Positions 1-8,006 of a stretch of DNA of 41,829 nt are shown one piece after another. The DNA is taken from NCBI GenBank assembly GCA_022768045.1, contig JALEND010000069.1, positions 1 to 41,829 of the forward strand, written 5' to 3'. How positions within the stretch are numbered: position 1 is the stretch's first letter; every line of letters starts with the position of its first letter. The position numbers and the translations under genes were made by a program. The notes under the pieces are model-generated. The model was given only the letters and a program-made list of their open reading frames with translations. It was not told the DNA's origin and did not search any database. The DNA comes from Mycoplasmatota bacterium (GTDB taxonomy: Bacteria; Bacillota_I; Bacilli_A; RF39; UBA660).

Positions 1-517
1 CAAAATCAGATACAGCACCAATACGCCATAGAAAAGCAGTTGCTTTAACACCTAATCTTGTTTTAATAGAATCAACACTAGCTGCAAAGTCTGCACCCAT
101 TTTGTCCATCTTGTTTGAGAAAACAAGTCTTGGAACCCCCATTTCAGTAGCTTGACGCCAAACATTTTCAGTTTGAGGTTCAACACCATTTTGTGAATCA
201 AGTACTGTAACAGCACCATCAAGTACTCTAAGTGATCTTGTAACTTCTATTGTGAAGTCTACGTGACCTGGAGTATCGATGATATTTAAACGATTACCCT
301 TCCAAAAAGCTGTAGTAGCTGCGGAAGTAATAGTAATACCACGTTCTTTTTCTTGTTCCATCCAGTCCATTTGAGATGCACCATCATGAGTTTCACCTAT
401 TTTGTGAATCTTATGAGTATGGAACAAAACACGCTCTGTACATGTAGTCTTACCGGCATCAACGTGAGCCATAATACCAATGTTACGAGTATTTTCTAAC
501 GAATATTCACGAGCCAT
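1..517 (-). CDS. fusA: Elongation factor G, N-terminal GTPase part (3' end lies beyond the left window edge)
   Basis: Reverse translation from the ATG at 515-517 reads [25 protein letters not shown]...DTPGHVDF...SNKMDK, which are the G1, G3 and G4 motifs. It lies directly downstream of rpsL-rpsG as in the str operon. It is absent from the ORF track only because it is truncated. Confidence 0.93.
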   Translation of the reverse strand, partial: MAREYSLENTRNIGIMAHVDAGKTTCTERVLFHTHKIHKIGETHDGASQMDWMEQEKERGITITSAATTAFWKGNRLNIIDTPGHVDFTIEVTRSLRVLDGAVTVLDSQNGVEPQTENVWRQATEMGVPRLVFSNKMDKMGADFAASVDSIKTRLGVKATAFLWRIGAVSDF

Positions 518-532
518 ATTTATAATCCTTTC

Positions 533-1000
533 CTACCAACGATAGTGTGCAAATGCTTTATTAGCTTCTGCCATTCTATGTGTATCATCTTTTTTCTTAA
601 CAGCTGCTCCTGTACCATTTGAAGCATCAATTATTTCGTTTGCTAATTTCTCAGCCATAGTTTTACCACCACGTGAACGAGTAGCATTAACTAACCATCT
701 TAAAGCTAAAGCTTGAGCTCTTGCAGGCTTAACTTCAACTGGAACTTGATAGTTAGCTCCTCCAACACGACGAGCCTTAACCTCTAATGCTGGAGTAATA
801 TTTTCCATTGCTTTTTTGAATACGTCATTAGCATTTTCTCCAACTCTTTCGTGGATTAAGTCAAACGCATCATACACAATTTTTTCTGCTTTTCCACGTT
901 TACCATCTAACATAATTTGGTTAACTAACTTAGTAATTACTTTTGAATTATATATAGGATCTGGTAAAACGTCTCTTTTAACAGCACGTCTTTTTCTCAT
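533..1000 (-). CDS. rpsG: 30S ribosomal protein S7
   Basis: 155 aa. [13 protein letters not shown] and the rest are typical S7. RBS GGAGA lies upstream. Position follows the str operon order. Confidence 0.97.
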   Translation of the reverse strand: MRKRRAVKRDVLPDPIYNSKVITKLVNQIMLDGKRGKAEKIVYDAFDLIHERVGENANDVFKKAMENITPALEVKARRVGGANYQVPVEVKPARAQALALRWLVNATRSRGGKTMAEKLANEIIDASNGTGAAVKKKDDTHRMAEANKAFAHYRW

Positions 1001-1021
1001 ATTATTTCTCCTTTCATATTA

Positions 1022-1435
1022 TTACTTTTTAGGTTTTTTAGCACCGTACTTAGATCTACCTTGTTTACGATCTTGTACTCCTGCTGTATCTAGAGTACCT
1101 CTAATAATATGATAACGTACTCCGATTAAATCCTTTACACGTCCACCACGTATTAAAACAACGCTGTGTTCTTGTAAATTATGTCCTTGTCCTGGAATAT
1201 AAGCAGTAACTTCATATCCATTACTCAAACGAACACGAGCATACTTACGTAATGCTGAGTTTGGTTTCTTTGGTGTCATTGTACCAACACGAGTACAAAC
1301 ACCACGCTTTTGAGGTGAATTTGCACTTATACTTTTTTTCTTTAAAGTATTTGTTCTAACTAATAGAACTGGTGCTTTTGGTTTACGCTTTTTGTTTTTT
1401 CTTCCATGACGAAGAATTTGATTTATTGTAGGCAT
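1022..1435 (-). CDS. rpsL: 30S ribosomal protein S12
   Basis: 137 aa. MPTINQ...[24 protein letters not shown]...RGGRVKDL(I)GVRYH. It is colinear with B. subtilis S12. Confidence 0.97.
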   Translation of the reverse strand: MPTINQILRHGRKNKKRKPKAPVLLVRTNTLKKKSISANSPQKRGVCTRVGTMTPKKPNSALRKYARVRLSNGYEVTAYIPGQGHNLQEHSVVLIRGGRVKDLIGVRYHIIRGTLDTAGVQDRKQGRSKYGAKKPKK

Positions 1436-1532
1436 ATTCTTGCTCCTTTCTTAACACACTACCTGGTGTTTCTTTCTTGATATATTTTTAAGCCTTACCA
1501 AATTTAGCAAGACTTAATAAATCAGCTAATAT

Positions 1533-1562
1533 AATATACCACTTTTAACGTTTAAAAGTCAA
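1533..1562 (-). promoter_or_regulatory. Candidate sigma-A promoter for rpsL-rpsG-fusA
   Basis: The minus strand reads TTGACT (1562-1557), an 18-nt spacer ending in TGG, then TATATT (1538-1533). It sits about 95 nt upstream of the rpsL ATG. Confidence 0.5.
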
Positions 1563-1590
1563 TATATTTGATAAAATTTAATTAAAAATA

Positions 1591-1815
1591 CTATTTGCTT
1601 TCTACAGCAGCATCAGTATTACTAAAACCATACTTTTGATTGAATTTTTCAGCTCTACCTGTCTTAGACTTCATTGTTGAAGCACCAGTGTAAAATGGAT
1701 GACATTTTGAACAAACTTCTACGTGAATTTTTTCTTTAGTAGACATAGTTTCAAAAGTTTCTCCACATGCACAAGTAACAGTAGCCTTTTTGTACATACT
1801 TTCTTTTTTTGCCAT
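1591..1815 (-). CDS. rpmE: 50S ribosomal protein L31 (Cys-containing, zinc-ribbon type)
   Basis: [15 protein letters not shown]...[13 protein letters not shown] matches B. subtilis RpmE. I place the start at the internal ATG at 1815, because AAAGGAG lies 8 nt upstream. The track start at 1836 has no RBS. Confidence 0.9.
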   Translation of the reverse strand: MAKKESMYKKATVTCACGETFETMSTKEKIHVEVCSKCHPFYTGASTMKSKTGRAEKFNQKYGFSNTDAAVESK

Positions 1816-1871
1816 GTTAACAGCTCCTTTCGCCATGACTTAAGTTAAGTCATAGATTTAAAATCCATTAT

Positions 1872-1900
1872 ATTATAACAATTGTTTGTTTATTTTGCAA
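1872..1900 (-). promoter_or_regulatory. Sigma-A promoter for rpmE
   Basis: The minus strand reads TTGCAA (1900-1895), a 17-nt spacer ending in TGT (extended -10), then TATAAT (1877-1872). The -35 element overlaps the end of the upstream hydrolase gene. Confidence 0.65.
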
Positions 1901-2651
1901 GTGTTTTTTCATTTATAGAGCTAATTATAACATCACTTATTGCTTTATAGCCTTCCTTTGTTGGATGGATTTCTAAAAAATTAGGTAAATATTCATCATT
2001 AGCATAAAAAGTATCATGCAAATCAATAAAAGTCATATCATACTTACTTGTTAAATCTTCCATCTTTTCGTTAGCATACTTTATAATAGGCTCTATTTCT
2101 AAGGCATAAGTTGAAGAATAATTTGAAAGAGGATTATAAAAACCTAAAACCATTATTTGTTCTTTACATGATTTTCTTAATTCATACAACAACTTATTAA
2201 TATCAACAAATGCCTCATCTACATATTTATATATATCATCATACTTATCTAAGTCAAATTCTTCTCCAATATTTAATTTATAAAACAAGTCATTTGAACC
2301 TATGCTTAACGTTACTAAATCTGCTTTTATAAGTGCGTGTTTAATTGTAATTTCTTTTTTACCTATCTTTATTTTTTTATTATTTTTTAAATCATTTAAC
2401 AAATCAACACTTCTATAACCAGACTTAGCAAATTTCTTTGTATAAAACTTTAACTTATTTTTATCTTTTAAGTACTCAGAAACATAATCGCTATAACTTA
2501 AATCAATTGTTTTATACGGTGTTTGACCTGCTGCTAATGAATCACCTAGTGATAAATAATAAATCTTATTATCTCTTGTTATAAAAAATATACTTACCAA
2601 TATTATTCCTGTCATTAAAAAACCTATTAATAATTTGTATCTTTTCTTCAT
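1890..2651 (-). CDS. Membrane-anchored SGNH/GDSL-family hydrolase (lipase/esterase-like)
   Basis: Block I is YLSLGDSLAAGQ, block III is SIGSNDL, and block V is HPTKEGY. There is an N-terminal TM segment (LLIGFLMTGIILVSIFFI). Start chosen at MKKRYK (2651), which has GGAGG 6 nt upstream. Confidence 0.8.
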   Translation of the reverse strand: MKKRYKLLIGFLMTGIILVSIFFITRDNKIYYLSLGDSLAAGQTPYKTIDLSYSDYVSEYLKDKNKLKFYTKKFAKSGYRSVDLLNDLKNNKKIKIGKKEITIKHALIKADLVTLSIGSNDLFYKLNIGEEFDLDKYDDIYKYVDEAFVDINKLLYELRKSCKEQIMVLGFYNPLSNYSSTYALEIEPIIKYANEKMEDLTSKYDMTFIDLHDTFYANDEYLPNFLEIHPTKEGYKAISDVIISSINEKTLAK

Positions 2652-2662
2652 ATTAGCCTCCA

Positions 2663-2695
2663 TAAAAAAAATAGTATCTACTAACAATACTATTT
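2663..2695 (-). terminator. Weak AT-rich rho-independent terminator after murA and the small ORF
   Basis: The minus strand reads AATAGTAT-TGTTAGTAG-ATACTATT followed by a T-run. That is an 8-bp stem with only one G:C pair. Confidence 0.4.
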
Positions 2696-2714
2696 TATTT
2701 ATGGTACTAGAAAA

Positions 2715-2864
2715 TTAGTACTTATTATTTTTCTTTACTTTATCTTTTTTTATAATTTCTTTTGGAATACTAATACTATATGCACCACTTGTTAAAGTAA
2801 CATGTGATTTAGTTTCTTCCTTTTTTAACTCTTCATTTTTCTTAGCTTTTACCTTTAATGCCAT
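2715..2864 (-). CDS. Candidate 49-aa lysine-rich small protein (below the ORF-track length cut-off)
   Basis: Hand translation: MALKVKAKKNEELKKEETKSHVTLTSGAYSISIPKEIIKKDKVKKNNKY*. The ATG is 3 nt after the murA stop codon. GAGGGT in the last murA codons could serve as RBS. The terminator hairpin follows the ORF. Confidence 0.3.
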   Translation of the reverse strand: MALKVKAKKNEELKKEETKSHVTLTSGAYSISIPKEIIKKDKVKKNNKY

Positions 2865-2867
2865 TAT

Positions 2868-4127
2868 TTAACCCTCTTTTTCTAACTTAATATCAGCACC
2901 TACATTAGTTAATTTATAAACTATGTCTTCATAGCCTCTTAAAATATAATCAGCATTTTCTATAACAGTTGTACCACTTGCTATTAAACCTGCTATAAGT
3001 AAAGATGCAGCGCCTCTTAAATCAGTTGCTTTTATTCTCTTTCCTGTTAACTTAGTAGGTCCTATAATAACTGCTTTTTGATTAGTTAAAAGATCAGTTG
3101 TAGCACCCATTTTATTAAGTTCTTTTAAATTAAGGAATCTGTTTTCCCAAATCGTCTCATTAATTATTGATTTACCATTTGCTTGTGTTAAAAGAGTTGC
3201 CATTGGTTGTTGTAAATCAGTAGGGAAACCAGGATAAACTTGTGTTTTTATATTAGTTGCCTTTAGTTTTTTTGGCCTTGAAATAGTTATAAAATCTACA
3301 CCAATTTCCATTATAGCGCCAACATCTTCTAACTTAGATATCAAAGATTCAACATGGTCAGGAATTATATTACTAATTTTTAACTTATCACCAATTATAC
3401 TAGCTAATATCATGTAAGTACCAGTTTCTATATAATCTGGAACAACCTCATGAAAACAAGAATGTAAGTAATCTACTCCTTCTATTTTTATTTCTGACGT
3501 TCCTGCACCAGTTATTTTAGCTCCCATGTTATTTAAAAATGTAGCTACATTAACAATATGTGGTTCTTTTGCAGCATTAGATATAATAGTTGTACCCTTA
3601 GCTTTTACAGCAGCTAGCATTAAATTTAATGTTGCACCAACACTAGCAAACTCTAAATTAATTTTAGCTCCCTTAAGCTCATCTGCCGTTATAGTAAACA
3701 AGTTATTATTCTCTTCTACCTTAGCACCCATTGCCTCAAAGCCTTTTAAATGTAAATTGATAGGTCTTGCACCTATAGAACATCCTCCTGGAAAATATAT
3801 TTCAACTCTTTTAAACTTACTTAACATAGCTCCCATAAAATAATAAGAAGCTCTTAATTTTGTAGCAATTTCCTTAGGTATTTTTCTATTTGTAATATTT
3901 TTAGAATCAATCTTTATTATGTCTTCATTTCTATATACCTTAGCACCTAAAAAATTCAAAATATCATCTAACGCATCTATGTCAGAAATATTAGGTACAT
4001 TTGCTATTGTTACTTCTTCATCACATAATACAGCAGCTGGTATTAAAGCTACTGCACTATTTTTAGAACCACTTATCTTTATTTCTCCAGTTAATGTTTT
4101 ATTACCATTAATTGTTATTTTATACAT
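2868..4127 (-). CDS. murA: UDP-N-acetylglucosamine 1-carboxyvinyltransferase
   Basis: 419 aa, with full-length MurA-like sequence (ISGSKNSAVALIPAA, active-site loop PGGCSIGARPINLH with the Cys retained). It neighbours fba, as B. subtilis murAB does. Confidence 0.95.
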   Translation of the reverse strand: MYKITINGNKTLTGEIKISGSKNSAVALIPAAVLCDEEVTIANVPNISDIDALDDILNFLGAKVYRNEDIIKIDSKNITNRKIPKEIATKLRASYYFMGAMLSKFKRVEIYFPGGCSIGARPINLHLKGFEAMGAKVEENNNLFTITADELKGAKINLEFASVGATLNLMLAAVKAKGTTIISNAAKEPHIVNVATFLNNMGAKITGAGTSEIKIEGVDYLHSCFHEVVPDYIETGTYMILASIIGDKLKISNIIPDHVESLISKLEDVGAIMEIGVDFITISRPKKLKATNIKTQVYPGFPTDLQQPMATLLTQANGKSIINETIWENRFLNLKELNKMGATTDLLTNQKAVIIGPTKLTGKRIKATDLRGAASLLIAGLIASGTTVIENADYILRGYEDIVYKLTNVGADIKLEKEG

Positions 4128-4175
4128 ACTACGCCTCCATACATTTTATTGTATTTAAATTATTTGAAAATGTGA

Positions 4176-5003
4176 TTAAAAAGCCTTTCTTTTACTCTCT
4201 AATAATTCGTTTTTTTCATGAATTAAATCTTTTACCGCCTGTTTTCCTGATGCGATTATTAATCTTGGATCATACACATTTTTATTTTCATTAATAAACT
4301 CTCTTACTTTTTTGGACCATACCAGTTGTATATCAGTATTAATATTTATTTTACTAACTCCGCAAAAAATAGCAGTTTTTATTTTATTATCATCAAGACC
4401 TGATGCTCCATGTAATACTAGCGGTAACTTAGCTTCCTTGCAAATATTTCCAAGAAGTTCAAAATTAAGATTTGCTTCTTCTTTATAAATTCCATGTTTA
4501 TTTCCAATAGAAGGAGCTAAAGAATCAACTTTAGTTTCACTAATAAAACTCATACAATCATTTACGTCAGTATATAAACCAGTTAAAGAGCCTAATTCAG
4601 CTTCTACGGTTACACCTCTTGGATCAGCATACTCTTTTACTTTATTAGTAATTAAGATATTTTCTTCTAAAGTTTTATCTGATGCATCAATCATAACTGA
4701 CGTAAAACCTTTATCTATTGCTTTTTTACATGATTCAAAGCTTTTTGCATGGTCTAAATGAAGCACAACTGGTACTTTAATATTTAAATCATTTATAAGA
4801 CTTCTTACTATGCTACTAACAACTTCATAACCTCCCATATAATTTATAGCAGGTTCGCTTACTGCTATTATAACAGGTGCTTTGTCTTCATTACATGCTT
4901 CTAATATATATCTTGCAAACTCTAAATTGTTTATATTGTAAGCTCCAATTGCATAACCATCTTTGCTTGCCTTTATTAATAACTCTCTACTATTTACTAA
5001 CAT
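4176..5003 (-). CDS. fba: Class II fructose-1,6-bisphosphate aldolase
   Basis: GYAIGAYNINNLE, HLDHAKS and LVLHGASG motifs. Start placed at MLVNSRELL (5003), with GAGG 8 nt upstream. Confidence 0.9.
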   Translation of the reverse strand: MLVNSRELLIKASKDGYAIGAYNINNLEFARYILEACNEDKAPVIIAVSEPAINYMGGYEVVSSIVRSLINDLNIKVPVVLHLDHAKSFESCKKAIDKGFTSVMIDASDKTLEENILITNKVKEYADPRGVTVEAELGSLTGLYTDVNDCMSFISETKVDSLAPSIGNKHGIYKEEANLNFELLGNICKEAKLPLVLHGASGLDDNKIKTAIFCGVSKININTDIQLVWSKKVREFINENKNVYDPRLIIASGKQAVKDLIHEKNELLESKRKAF

Positions 5004-5022
5004 AATATACCTCACTATACTA

Positions 5023-5051
5023 ATTTTAGTATATTTTTAAATCTTAGTCAA
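5023..5051 (-). promoter_or_regulatory. Candidate sigma-A promoter for fba-murA
   Basis: The minus strand reads TTGACT (5051-5046), a 17-nt spacer, then TAAAAT (5028-5023). Confidence 0.55.
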
Positions 5052-5052
5052 A

Positions 5053-5080
5053 GAAAAACACCAGAATTTACATTCTAGTG
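5053..5080 (-). terminator. Rho-independent terminator of the 567-aa gene
   Basis: The minus strand reads CACTAGAAT-GTAA-ATTCTGGTG followed by TTTTTC, starting 9 nt after the stop codon. Confidence 0.65.
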
Positions 5081-5088
5081 TATAGTAA

Positions 5089-6792
5089 TTATTTCATAAT
5101 TTTATTTTTCTTATTTATCTTTTCTAATTCATCAACATATGTTTTTGAAAGTTCTGCTGCTTCACTTGCTGCTCTTTGTGCTAATAATTCTTCTTTTTTC
5201 TTCTTATTACTAATAGCTAACCAAACAGCTCCAAAACCTCCAGTTGCAACTGCTGTACTAAGTCCTACTATAACCGCATTATAATTAGAATTTGTATTTG
5301 TTGATGTAGTCATCTTAGATTTTACATTTTCATTTAAAGATGAATACTCATCTGGATTTAAATAGACCTCTTTTTCTTCTGTTGGATTTGTTACACCCTT
5401 TGTACTAGCTGACTTAGTGTTTACACTACTTTTTTCTGTACTTGAAGCTGATAATGAATTAACTGAGTCTTGATAATCCTTTTCATCCATGTAAATTTCA
5501 TCTTCGTGTTTAGTAGTTGTTGCAGCTGTAGTTTGAGATTTATTTGTTGTGTTAAGAGCTGGGTCTGTTTCTATACGAATAGATGTACTTACTTCTTGTC
5601 CACCCTGTGAAGTTGATGTACCTCCAAGATCTCCTTTTTTGTTTGTTGTAAGTTCAACTTTATTTCCGTCAATCTTAGTAGTACCTTCTGTCATACCTTC
5701 TGTATTAATATGAGTTTCAGTACGAACAGCTGTAGTAGTTTCTTTTCCTTTTTTCTTTTCTGTTACAGTGCCATGCTTTTTACCACCTTGATAAATTACT
5801 TTATTCTCTTTTTTAGTAGTTTGTTTTGCATTAGCTTCTGCTGCTTCTTTGCTATTAAAATGATTTCCAAGTGCTCTAGTAGTATATTCTTTGCAATCTT
5901 CTAAATTAGATGTATCTAGTCCTAACTCGTCTGTTATTTCAAAGCCTAACTTATTTTCTTCAGATTGAACTTTATGTTGCTTATCTAAGTCTTCAACTTT
6001 TTCCTTTGATAAAAACATTGTAAATAATGGATTTTGTTGTGATATTTGTCTATCTATATTCCACATAAAAGTATCTGATAAATCTTTATTGCCATAAATT
6101 TTTTCTGAAACAAAATCATAATAAGTATTTGCATTTGACTCAAGTTCTTCTAAAGTTGCATTTGTTTCAATTAATCTTTTTTGTTCATTAACAATTTTTG
6201 CTAGTGAAGCTTCTAATTGTTTTTCATAATTTTCTATATCTTTTGAATCAAGCATATAAGCATAAATATATTCATCATTTTGATCTAGCGCTTCTAAATC
6301 TTTTTCTCCACTTTTAATTAATGTTCCATGATTAACTTCATCTTTTATATTATCATCAAATAATGAGTTTGTACCATCAGTATTAATTCCTGTGATTAAA
6401 GTTTGAAGATATTGGTATTTTTCAATATCAGTTGCTGATTTTTCAAATATAATATCGCTATATTTTTCATTTACCATATAAATTAAGTTCATTATATCTT
6501 CAACAGTATAGTCTTTTTCACTTAATTCATATATTTCTTTTGCTCTTTCTCTTACTGAATCTTTATCCATATCAAATGACTTAATTAAAGTTAAATCATT
6601 AAATTCTGCATATTTATCTTCATTATCTGCACTTGATGAATAAGAATTACCTGCTATATCATTATTCTTACTATTTAAATAACTTGTAATACCTACTGCT
6701 CCAGATCCAGCCATAATAGCTGATAATATAACCGCCATAGTCTCTTTAGATACTTTACTTCTATTTTTTTGTTTTTTAAATACATTAAACAT
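5089..6792 (-). CDS. Orphan two-TM envelope protein with a Thr/Ser-rich region
   Basis: 567 aa. The N-terminal basic stretch is followed by a TM segment (MAVILSAIMAGSGAVGITSYL). Next come a roughly 300-aa acidic helical region, a Thr/Ser/Lys-rich low-complexity region, a second TM segment (AVIVGLSTAVATGGFGAVWLAI), then KKKK and a 35-aa charged helical tail. I recognise no family. It has its own promoter and terminator. Confidence 0.7.
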   Translation of the reverse strand: MFNVFKKQKNRSKVSKETMAVILSAIMAGSGAVGITSYLNSKNNDIAGNSYSSSADNEDKYAEFNDLTLIKSFDMDKDSVRERAKEIYELSEKDYTVEDIMNLIYMVNEKYSDIIFEKSATDIEKYQYLQTLITGINTDGTNSLFDDNIKDEVNHGTLIKSGEKDLEALDQNDEYIYAYMLDSKDIENYEKQLEASLAKIVNEQKRLIETNATLEELESNANTYYDFVSEKIYGNKDLSDTFMWNIDRQISQQNPLFTMFLSKEKVEDLDKQHKVQSEENKLGFEITDELGLDTSNLEDCKEYTTRALGNHFNSKEAAEANAKQTTKKENKVIYQGGKKHGTVTEKKKGKETTTAVRTETHINTEGMTEGTTKIDGNKVELTTNKKGDLGGTSTSQGGQEVSTSIRIETDPALNTTNKSQTTAATTTKHEDEIYMDEKDYQDSVNSLSASSTEKSSVNTKSASTKGVTNPTEEKEVYLNPDEYSSLNENVKSKMTTSTNTNSNYNAVIVGLSTAVATGGFGAVWLAISNKKKKEELLAQRAASEAAELSKTYVDELEKINKKNKIMK

Positions 6793-6826
6793 TCAAATCA
6801 GTCCCCCTTTTGTTTGAATGCCCAAT

Positions 6827-6855
6827 ATATTACCACTTTTTCGCTTAAATGTCAA
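6827..6855 (-). promoter_or_regulatory. Sigma-A promoter for the 567-aa gene
   Basis: The minus strand reads TTGACA (6855-6850), a 17-nt spacer ending in TGG, then TAATAT (6832-6827). RBS AAAGGGGGA precedes the ATG. Confidence 0.6.
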
Positions 6856-6879
6856 TAGTTTCTTAAAAAGATTTTTAGG

Positions 6880-7368
6880 CTAGAAAATTAAGTGAATAGA
6901 GTATAAAAATAATATAATAGATCCTATTAAAGATGGATATTTTCCGTACTTATCAGATATCTTTTTACCTAGTACAAATCCTAAGTTAGTAATGGTAGCA
7001 CTTATAATACAAAATATTAATGATGAAAGAATGATATTATCAGATAAATAACTAAGTCCTAAACCAACAGAAAAACTATCTAAACTTACCGAAAAGGCAA
7101 ATAATATAACACCTATTACATTTAAATTAATTAACCTTTTATCTTTTTCAAAAAAACTCAAAAACATGTTTATAGATAAAATAAAAAACACTATAAACAT
7201 TACATACTTAGGACTTATACTAACATTTTCAAATATATAATTTCCAAACAAATTACCTAAAAGAGGCATAATAAAGTGAAATATACCAACTATAATGGAT
7301 GTAATTAACGCTAATTTTTTTCTTACATTTAAAATACCATACGCAAATGATAATGCAAAAGCATCCAT
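6880..7368 (-). CDS. mntP: Manganese efflux pump MntP (DUF204 repeat protein). Coordinates are ATG-defined; the true start is probably at 7401 or 7404 (AUA).
   Basis: It has the SMDAFALSF signature and a second half-repeat SLDSFSVGLG, and is multi-TM. The only Shine-Dalgarno (GAGGTGG, 7416-7410) lies 41 nt upstream of the ATG. The frame stays open back to ATA ATA AAT ATA ATT..., which restores the missing start of TM1. Confidence 0.8.
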   Translation of the reverse strand: MDAFALSFAYGILNVRKKLALITSIIVGIFHFIMPLLGNLFGNYIFENVSISPKYVMFIVFFILSINMFLSFFEKDKRLINLNVIGVILFAFSVSLDSFSVGLGLSYLSDNIILSSLIFCIISATITNLGFVLGKKISDKYGKYPSLIGSIILFLYSIHLIF

Positions 7369-7442
7369 ACTTAAGCTTAATGCAATTAAAATTATATTTA
7401 TTATTTAAACCACCTCTTTAATATAATTTTATTACTGTTTAT

Positions 7443-7970
7443 TTAAAAATATTTTTCTAATATTTCTTTTACAAATGATTTATAAGTTATATCTGATGTA
7501 TTTTGTTCTTCTGCCTCCATTACACAAAGAGGAGGAAATAGTACACACCACCAATTATTACCTTCTCCATTTCCTAAAGTAACAAGTAAAGACTCATATT
7601 CTCCTGCTTTATAAACCACGCCCTTATATGTTTTTTCAGGAAATTCATGCATTCCATAATCTATTTTATAAGAATAATCCTTATTTTTCATTTCGTCTGA
7701 TAAAATGTTATTAAACTCATTCATGTTTTCATTAATTATTTCCCTTGCATCTTTTATTGATGAGGTATTTGCTAACAAATTATATAGTTTTTTTTGCATT
7801 ATATCTCTAACTTCTTCTTTTATTTTTTGATCTTTTGGAGAATTACTATTTGCTAAAACCCTAAATCTAATTGCAGAATCAGGTATTCTAACACTTTCTT
7901 TTTTATTATTTGCATTAATAACATATGAAATACTTAAAATAGCTAATAATATTAAAATAACTTTTTTCAT
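7443..7970 (-). CDS. spoIIR: Stage II sporulation protein R
   Basis: A signal or TM segment is followed by IRFRVLANSNSPKDQKIKEEVRD and NWWCVLFPPLC, both characteristic of SpoIIR. Start placed at MKKVIL (7970), with GAGGGTG upstream. Confidence 0.8.
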   Translation of the reverse strand: MKKVILILLAILSISYVINANNKKESVRIPDSAIRFRVLANSNSPKDQKIKEEVRDIMQKKLYNLLANTSSIKDAREIINENMNEFNNILSDEMKNKDYSYKIDYGMHEFPEKTYKGVVYKAGEYESLLVTLGNGEGNNWWCVLFPPLCVMEAEEQNTSDITYKSFVKEILEKYF

Positions 7971-8006
7971 ATAAAAAATCACCCTCTATTAATTAGTGAG
8001 TGATTA

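Noticed and set aside
816-1112. 98-aa plus-strand ORF
   Set aside because: It is antisense to rpsG and rpsL, has a low-complexity S/L/F/I-rich product and no RBS. It is a shadow ORF of strongly supported genes.
1541-1559. Hairpin ACTTTTAA-ACG-TTAAAAGT downstream of rpmE, considered as a terminator
   Set aside because: The 8-bp stem is almost all A:T (one G:C pair), has no following T-run, and lies inside the spacer of the rpsL promoter.
1816-1836. N-terminal extensions offered by the ORF track. Examples: rpmE to 1836, GDSL to 2687, fba to 5015, spoIIR to 7982, prmC to 8786, argS to 13670, tilS to 19491, uvsE from 19544, rplJ to 30874, rplA to 31753.
   Set aside because: In each case an internal ATG is preceded at 4-9 nt by a clear Shine-Dalgarno and gives an N-terminus colinear with homologues. 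The longest-ORF start has no RBS, or it overlaps an upstream gene or a structured leader.
3526-4294. Three plus-strand ORFs (3526-3843, 3919-4158, 4112-4294)
   Set aside because: They are antisense to murA and fba, have hydrophobic low-complexity translations typical of AT-rich antisense frames, and lack RBSs.
5078-5904. Plus-strand ORFs 5078-5284 and 5710-5904
   Set aside because: They are antisense to the 567-aa gene, whose own frame has a promoter, RBS and terminator. Their products are F/S/L repeats.
7405-7442. Possible yybP-ykoY manganese riboswitch upstream of mntP
   Set aside because: Only ~35 nt separate the spoIIR stop from the mntP RBS. That is far too short, and the conserved GC-rich riboswitch helices are absent.
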